DNA of 64,000 nucleotides, from contig JBMFIG010000004.1 in NCBI GenBank assembly GCA_049976425.1, forward strand, positions 1-64,000, given 5' to 3'. Shown piece by piece: positions 60,854 through 64,000 of this stretch. The notes under the pieces are model-generated. The model worked only from the letters and a program-made list of their open reading frames with translations, searched no databases and was not told where the DNA came from. This DNA is from Thermoproteus sp. (GTDB lineage Archaea > Thermoproteota > Thermoprotei > Thermoproteales > Thermoproteaceae). The first letter of the stretch is position 1. Each line of letters starts with the position of its first letter. Position numbers and translations under genes: made by a program.

Positions 60854-61480
60854 TTACGGAGTTGCGCGCCGGCACGCGCTCGGGTCTGCGCCCGATATTG
60901 AGAACCAGAAGGAGCATTCGTACGTCTGTATAGCCCGCGCCACGAATAGATAGCGCTGGCGGTCGTAGTACCTCTCGGCTATGCGCTCCGCTACGGCCTC
61001 CATGTCCTCGTAGGGCCGCGAGAAGAGGTCGAGGAACTCGGTCGACTTGAACCCGTTGGATTTAAGCCAGGCCGAGAGCCGGGCGCATGCGCGGCCCCAG
61101 ACGGGCAGATTCACCGTCATGGCGACGGCCAGATCGCCCATGGTGCCGTTCAGGGCCAGCCAAGAGAGGAAGTGCGTGTACGCTACGGCAAATGGGTCGA
61201 GCGCATCCCAGCTGAACGCGACGCCGAGCTCTCTCGCCATCTCGCCGAGGGCCTTAAGGGCGGCGTAGTCGCCGTCCACGAGCGCCTTCAAGAAGGCCAG
61301 CTCGACGCCGTCGCCGGCCCTCCCCATGGCGGCCGAGAGCGCCCTCAAGTCGTACTGCACTATATAGAGCTGGTTCGCCACAAACCTCTTCACAGAAGCC
61401 GTGTCGGGGCTCCGCAACGCCGGCGCCTCGAAGATCCTCTCGTTCAACGCCGCCAGCTCCCGCCTAAGCTCCTCGATCAT
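60854..61480 (-). CDS. TenA/THI-4 family protein lacking the catalytic Cys (TenA_E-like)
   Basis: NQLYIV…D, AYTHFL, NLPVWG and YECSFW motifs. Confidence 0.8.
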   Translation of the reverse strand: MIEELRRELAALNERIFEAPALRSPDTASVKRFVANQLYIVQYDLRALSAAMGRAGDGVELAFLKALVDGDYAALKALGEMARELGVAFSWDALDPFAVAYTHFLSWLALNGTMGDLAVAMTVNLPVWGRACARLSAWLKSNGFKSTEFLDLFSRPYEDMEAVAERIAERYYDRQRYLFVARAIQTYECSFWFSISGADPSACRRATP

Positions 61481-62130
61481 GCCGGCCATGCCTCCCCCGA
61501 ATAGGCGGCGTTCCAGAAGGCCAGCTCGTAGAGCGAGGCGGTCTTGAAGGGCCCCCACACCTCGTCGAACGGCGGGGAGAGCGCATCGAGGAGATCTCTG
61601 AGCTTTTTGACAAGCGATCTGTACCCCTCCGAGAGGTAGACAGAGGCCCACCTCCTATATACGGAGACGGGGTTCTCAGCGAGGAGGCCGCGGTGGGCCT
61701 CCGCGATCTCCATATACGTCCAGAAACACGGGAGAAGCGCCGAGAGGCATTGGGCGAAGGTCCCCAGAGCGCAGGTCGAGGCGAGGTAGGACATATAGCC
61801 GACGTTGGTGGGGCTCGGGCGGGCCCTCGCGGCGTCCTCCAGCGACAGGCCCAGCTCCCCCAGTAGCGCCTCGTAGCTCGCCAGCTCGCCCGTCAACTCG
61901 CCGTAGGCCAGCTCGGCCATGGCCCTCATCGACCTCACGTCGGGCGCTCTGGCCGCGGCCAAGGCGAGAGCCCGGGAGAACCCGACCAAGTAGCTGTAGT
62001 CCTGGAGGACGTAGTTCTTGAACTTCTCCAGAGGGAGATCGCCTCTGTAGAGGCCGACCACGAACGGGTGGCGCAGTATGGCGGACCATATATCGTCTGC
62101 GGATCGCCTCAGCCTCTCGGTAAGAGACAT
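61477..62130 (-). CDS. tenA: Thiaminase II
   Basis: HPFV, YVLQDYSYL, LLPCFWTY and ELAFW motifs. Confidence 0.9.
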   Translation of the reverse strand: MSLTERLRRSADDIWSAILRHPFVVGLYRGDLPLEKFKNYVLQDYSYLVGFSRALALAAARAPDVRSMRAMAELAYGELTGELASYEALLGELGLSLEDAARARPSPTNVGYMSYLASTCALGTFAQCLSALLPCFWTYMEIAEAHRGLLAENPVSVYRRWASVYLSEGYRSLVKKLRDLLDALSPPFDEVWGPFKTASLYELAFWNAAYSGEAWPA

Positions 62131-62182
62131 ATAACTTATCGTAAGTCAATTAATAAATTTTTGGCGTCGCAAGCCTTTAAGC

Positions 62183-63106
62183 ATGGCCGTGACGCCGTCT
62201 GTGGGATACCTCGGCTCCCTCCTCCTCCGCGAGCTGGAGCGTATGGGGCTCGGCAGGCCGGCGGTCCCGAGGAGGCTTAGGTGCAGATACGAGCCGGAGC
62301 AGTGCGCGGCTGTGAGGATACTCCTCGGGGGGTACCGGCTCTGCAGGTTCCCCGACGGCGTCGCGTTGGTGCGGGAGGGCCGGCCGTGTCCGGAGCCCGT
62401 CGAGGTGCGGCTGGAGCCTCCGGAGACGCCGAGGATATACATAGACCTGGGGCTTTGGGATATCCACACCGACTCCGAGAAGAACGAGCTGGTGGAGCAA
62501 GTCGTGGCCTCCATAGCGGCTGTGAGGAGGCAGCTGTGGGACGGCAACCTCTATCTGTCTAGGGCGCCTCCCGAGTTCTTGGAGAGGTTCCGGAGGGCGG
62601 CCCGCGGCATGAGGCACGCCGTGAGGTTCCAGGAAGGCCCCCCTCCGCCTACCAGCCTCGTGCTGGATCCCGAGGGGCCGTGCGCCGCCGACGAGGAGGT
62701 CTTGAGGAGCGCCTCGGACATAGTCCTGGGCGGGATAGTCGACAAGGAGCGGGTCTACAAGGGCGCGACGGCCCGCCTAGCGGCGTCTATAGGAGTCCCC
62801 GACCGGCGCCGTTGCAGGATAGAGCTGAGGGGCTCCACGGTGGGCGTGCCGGACAGGATAAACAAGATCGTGGAGATAGTCCTGTCGGTGAGATTTGCCG
62901 GAGTCTCTCTAGAGGACGCCATAATAGGTGCCCAGGCCAAGAGGGACAAGGTGTATAGGCTGATGCGGGAGTTCCAGAAGGCGGGCAGGTGCGTGGACCC
63001 GGCGCTGGCCGACGAGCTGGCCAGGTGGCTGAAGGCGGATCGCAAGGCGGTGGAGCTGGCCGCCGCCAAGGCCCACGTGAAGATCGGTTGCAATCTATAT
63101 AAATAG
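62183..63106 (+). CDS. trm10: tRNA m1A9/m1G9 methyltransferase (Trm10)
   Basis: EKNELVEQ, LDPEG, LGGIVDK and GVPDRINKI motifs. Confidence 0.85.
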   Translation: MAVTPSVGYLGSLLLRELERMGLGRPAVPRRLRCRYEPEQCAAVRILLGGYRLCRFPDGVALVREGRPCPEPVEVRLEPPETPRIYIDLGLWDIHTDSEKNELVEQVVASIAAVRRQLWDGNLYLSRAPPEFLERFRRAARGMRHAVRFQEGPPPPTSLVLDPEGPCAADEEVLRSASDIVLGGIVDKERVYKGATARLAASIGVPDRRRCRIELRGSTVGVPDRINKIVEIVLSVRFAGVSLEDAIIGAQAKRDKVYRLMREFQKAGRCVDPALADELARWLKADRKAVELAAAKAHVKIGCNLYK

Positions 63107-63117
63107 CCGCCGCGGCT

Positions 63118-63930
63118 ATGCATATGAAGCTGGCGATATTGGTGGACAACTACCTCACACAGCCCTCCTCCCTCCGCCTGAGGCTCCTCGGCGAGTGGGG
63201 CTTCTCCGCCTACGTCTACGACTGGAGGATACTCTACGACACCGGCCTCTCGGGCACCGCCCTCCTCAACAACATGAAGGCCCTCGGTATATCCCCCGAC
63301 GACCCCGACGTCTTGGTAATCAGCCATAGGCATATAGACCACACGGGCGGAGTTAAGGCGTTGCTCTCGGCGAGGTCTAGACCCCTCACCGTGGTGGCCC
63401 ACGAGAACCTCTTCGCCAAGGCGTACGCCAAGGACGAGATGGGGGAGGTGGAGATAGGGGTCGACTTCACCCGCGACTTCCTCGAGTCGAGGGGCGCCAG
63501 GCTTGTGCTGATAAGGGAGCCCTACAAGATCGCCGAGGGGGTCTGGGCCTCCGGCGAGATCCCGCGGAGGTGGGGCCCGTCGCACACCGGCGCCGTCTCC
63601 GACCTTGTGCCTGACGACATGGCCCTCTACATAAGACATCCCAAGGGCTTGGTGGCCCTCACCGGTTGCGGACACGCAGGCGTGGAGAACATAGTGGAGT
63701 ACGGGCTACAGGTGACCGGCGCCGATAGGCTCTACGCGATTATCGGCGGGCTACACTTCATGGGGTTGCCCGAGGCTAGGGTGAGGGAGGCCGCCGGCTA
63801 TTTGAGGTCGAAGAGCCCCGGACTCGTCGTGGGGACCCACTGCACCGGCGTGGCCGGCATCGCGGCGTTGCAAGCCGCTCTGCCGGACGTAGCCAAGGCA
63901 GGAGGGGCCGGCGCTGTCTTCGAGATATAG
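63118..63930 (+). CDS. MBL-fold metallo-hydrolase (MJ0301-like)
   Basis: EWGFS, YDTG, SHRHIDHTGG, GCGHAG, GGLH and HCTG motifs. Confidence 0.85.
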   Translation: MHMKLAILVDNYLTQPSSLRLRLLGEWGFSAYVYDWRILYDTGLSGTALLNNMKALGISPDDPDVLVISHRHIDHTGGVKALLSARSRPLTVVAHENLFAKAYAKDEMGEVEIGVDFTRDFLESRGARLVLIREPYKIAEGVWASGEIPRRWGPSHTGAVSDLVPDDMALYIRHPKGLVALTGCGHAGVENIVEYGLQVTGADRLYAIIGGLHFMGLPEARVREAAGYLRSKSPGLVVGTHCTGVAGIAALQAALPDVAKAGGAGAVFEI

Positions 63931-63957
63931 CCCTTTAAGGGATGTCTTTTTCCCTTC

Positions 63958-64000
63958 ATGTACCCGCTCGACGTAGAGAGGGCCAACTCGGTTATCTGGG
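63958..64000 (+). CDS. 5' start of a CDS leaving the window (MYPLDVERANSVIW…)
   Basis: ATG about 24 nt after TTTAAG; frame open to the window edge. Confidence 0.5.
   Translation, partial: MYPLDVERANSVIW

Overview
GC-rich archaeal DNA, almost certainly a Thermoproteales crenarchaeon close to Thermoproteus uzoniensis: the branched-chain aminotransferase closely matches my recollection of the T. uzoniensis enzyme, many genes look leaderless, and a tRNA carries a non-canonical intron. The window holds a SelD-like/TusA pair, a NurA paralogue and a ParA-like ATPase, the archaeal pantothenate cluster (panB, panE, PoK, PPS), tRNA-Ala(GGC) with an intron at 25/26, rps30e, a peroxiredoxin, cydAA', three CoA-transferases, a beta-glucan/cellobiose locus (Opp-type ABC transporter, GH1, GH12), the Ile/Leu/Val genes and the LysW-dependent Lys/Arg genes. 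Main finding: five amino-acid biosynthesis genes (leuA, ilvB, homocitrate synthase, argG, a lysX-like operon head) begin with a well-placed ATG in the wrong frame. It opens a short ORF containing NNG-GGG followed directly by a codon for that pathway's end product: Leu; Val/Leu/Ile; Lys; Arg; Lys/Pro/Arg. In all five the enzyme lies in the -1 frame. This suggests an amino-acid-starvation ('hungry codon') -1 ribosomal frameshift switch acting in place of attenuation. The pattern is seen directly; the mechanism and its novelty are inference.
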